Of a stretch of 54,854 nucleotides of DNA, positions 53,072-54,854 are shown one piece after another. The stretch lies in the IMG/VR virus record IMGVR_UViG_3300025247_000003, positions 1-54,854 of that record; one strand, 5' to 3'. Origin of the DNA: a virus (taxonomy: Duplodnaviria > Caudoviricetes). The notes under the pieces were generated by a model. That model was not told where the DNA came from, ran no database searches, and saw only the letters and a program-made list of their open reading frames with translations. The position numbers and the translations under genes were made by a program. Position 1 is the first letter of the stretch. The number at the start of each line of letters is the position of its first letter.

Positions 53072-54157
53072 TTAAAACCTCATCGGCAGAACAACCGCCA
53101 AAAACCTGTCATCCTCAGTCGGTTTGATAACGGCTGGTGATATTGGTTTTTCTCCGTCATAGTAGAAATCAACGTCTCCGCCCTCAGATTGCGCCAAGAT
53201 CTCCGCCAGATACTTGACGTTGAAGCCCATATCGACTGATGGACCGCTTACATGTGCCTCAACCTCTGTCTCGCCTTGGTGTGTGTTCTGTACGGAAAGG
53301 CCAACAGCATCTTCACCGACCGACACCTTTACCGCCCGTACCTTATCCTCGCAAACCATAGCGACGACAGATGCAGCGTTAGAGAAATCAGCGGCATCTA
53401 CCCGGAACGTGTCTTTCAATCCTTGTGGAATGACGCGCTGATAATCAACAAAAGCCGCATCGATCACCTTGGACACAATAACCGTGTCGCCAAGGTCAAA
53501 CTTGATTTTCCCATCTGACACGCTGACTTGCACGTCACCAATGGAAAGCACCTTCACCATCTCAGAGACGGCCTTGCGAGGCACAATAACGCCGGGAAAA
53601 TCCGTTGTGCCTTCAGTTGTCACTTTGGCAAGCCTGTGACCGTCCGTGGCCACTGCCGTTACTCCGTCATCCGTTTGGTGCAGGTAAATGCCGTTAAGGT
53701 GATAACGCGCCTCTTCCGTTGACATGGCAAAAGACGACTTCTTAAACAGCCTGGCCAGTTCATCCGCCTTGATGTTGAAAGACGCGGTGTATTCCTCGCT
53801 CGCGATCTTTGGGAATTGGTCAGCCGGAAGCGTGGCAAAGTCAATCTTGGTTTTTCCACTTGATGCATGAAGCCTTCCGTCTTCTGCGGACAGGGAAACG
53901 GGTTGACCCTTCGCCATCTTCTTGACCACGTTCGCGAGTAGATCGGCGCGTACGGTTGCTTGGCCGCTTTCCTCAACATCACATGCAACGCGAGTTGTCG
54001 CCTCAATATCAAGGTCCGTTGCTCGAACGGTCAAGATACCATCTTCCGCTTCAAGGTAGACATGGGCTAGAATTGGCAGTGTGTTCTTTCGTTCGATAAT
54101 GCCTTGCACCGTTGCGAGTGCGCTGGCGAGTGTGGGTTGTTCGATTGATAGCTTCAT
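53072..54157 (-). CDS. dnaN: DNA polymerase III beta sliding clamp
   Basis: 361 aa; TLPIL, ATDLD, R..LNG.Y, VATDGHRL, IVPRKA, DY.RVIP, GFN.KYL, VLPMR motifs. Confidence 0.95.
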   Translation of the reverse strand: MKLSIEQPTLASALATVQGIIERKNTLPILAHVYLEAEDGILTVRATDLDIEATTRVACDVEESGQATVRADLLANVVKKMAKGQPVSLSAEDGRLHASSGKTKIDFATLPADQFPKIASEEYTASFNIKADELARLFKKSSFAMSTEEARYHLNGIYLHQTDDGVTAVATDGHRLAKVTTEGTTDFPGVIVPRKAVSEMVKVLSIGDVQVSVSDGKIKFDLGDTVIVSKVIDAAFVDYQRVIPQGLKDTFRVDAADFSNAASVVAMVCEDKVRAVKVSVGEDAVGLSVQNTHQGETEVEAHVSGPSVDMGFNVKYLAEILAQSEGGDVDFYYDGEKPISPAVIKPTEDDRFLAVVLPMRF

Positions 54158-54405
54158 GTATTGGCCTCCATATATGCCGCAGCATCGTCAATATCTTCCC
54201 TGAAAAAATCAGGATCGTAGTCAGAGTATTCGGTCTTAAACCGCCAAGTTTGCTTATGATCTTCACGGCTCATATTGGTAACGTTAGACGCAATCCATTC
54301 GAGCCTTTCGGCGTCAGTAATGGTATGGCTCCACTTGCCTTGCGCGATCAACTCGGCGCGGGCCATCCCGGCGTATGGTAGGTTGATTAGTTCGTGGGGT
54401 GTCAT
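54154..54405 (-). CDS. Hypothetical protein
   Basis: DAERLEWI...REDID.A; coupled to neighbours. Confidence 0.6.
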   Translation of the reverse strand: MTPHELINLPYAGMARAELIAQGKWSHTITDAERLEWIASNVTNMSREDHKQTWRFKTEYSDYDPDFFREDIDDAAAYMEANT

Positions 54406-54632
54406 TACATACACCACGCGAAATGCGTAGGACCGCCATCATCATGTGGGTTCCATGTCCATCCGGTTCGTTCTGAAACCCACATTCCAACACGACCCGG
54501 AAATAGTCCATTCTCCATATCTTTAACCCACTTCATTTTACAGACATCGAAAGGGCCATCTCCATCATCAAACCACGATAGCCAAACTGTGGTTCCGTCC
54601 TTTGGAGCCTCAGTGATACATTGCCAATTCAT
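54405..54632 (-). CDS. DUF551-like phage protein
   Basis: WQCITEAPKDG...PTHF; GGAGG SD. Confidence 0.7.
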   Translation of the reverse strand: MNWQCITEAPKDGTTVWLSWFDDGDGPFDVCKMKWVKDMENGLFPGRVGMWVSERTGWTWNPHDDGGPTHFAWCM

Positions 54633-54634
54633 CC

Positions 54635-54854
54635 CTACTTCCCTCCTTCTATATCGTGACGCCACTGCCACCACCTATCAAAGTTCCTGCAACCTTCACC
54701 GCCTTCCGGGCATGGTCTTGCAATATGCTCAAACGGGCTAGCGTGGATCGGATCGCTTCCTGCAAGCTTGTCGTAGATCGCAAGCGCCTTGTCAACTGTC
54801 ATGGGTTTCCCGTCAACGGTCTTGTAGCTGACGGATGCGCAACTGGCGGCGGAG
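54635..54854 (-). CDS. thyX: thyX 3' part across the junction
   Basis: ...KLAGSDPIHASPFEHIARPCPEGGEGCRNFDRWWQWRHDIEGGK*; HASPFEH is typical of phage ThyX. Confidence 0.88.
   Translation of the reverse strand, partial: SAASCASVSYKTVDGKPMTVDKALAIYDKLAGSDPIHASPFEHIARPCPEGGEGCRNFDRWWQWRHDIEGGK
54756..54854. repeat. Second copy of the 99-bp terminal overlap
   Basis: Identical to 1-99. Confidence 0.95.

Overview
The window appears to be a complete, circularly assembled tailed-phage (siphovirus-type) genome of about 54,755 bp. Bases 1-99 repeat exactly at 54756-54854, and the thyX reading frame runs across that junction. The host is probably an alphaproteobacterium of the Roseobacter/Rhodobacteraceae type; this is inferred from gene style only. 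Minus strand, ~52.4 kb through the junction to ~17.3 kb: nucleotide metabolism, recombination and replication genes (dnaN clamp, thyX, class II RNR, dUTPase, HD nucleotidase, two DNA methyltransferases, SSB, an Acb2/Tad1-like protein, two exonucleases, VRR-NUC, a PAPS-reductase-like protein, SF2 helicase, primase-helicase). No DNA polymerase, integrase or repressor was recognised. A repeat-rich non-coding region at 17.4-17.9 kb is the likely origin. Plus strand, 18-52.4 kb: HNH, terminases, portal, two paralogous fibre/spike genes placed between portal and prohead protease, capsid, neck, tail, lysis genes, a protease and a phosphoesterase. The structural region is interrupted six times by minus-strand islands, and each junction has overlapping divergent promoters, most giving apparently leaderless structural mRNAs. 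One island is an RNA ligase followed 7 nt later by a tRNA(CAT). Several small structured-RNA candidates are also visible. All family calls come from motif recognition by eye; no searches were run.
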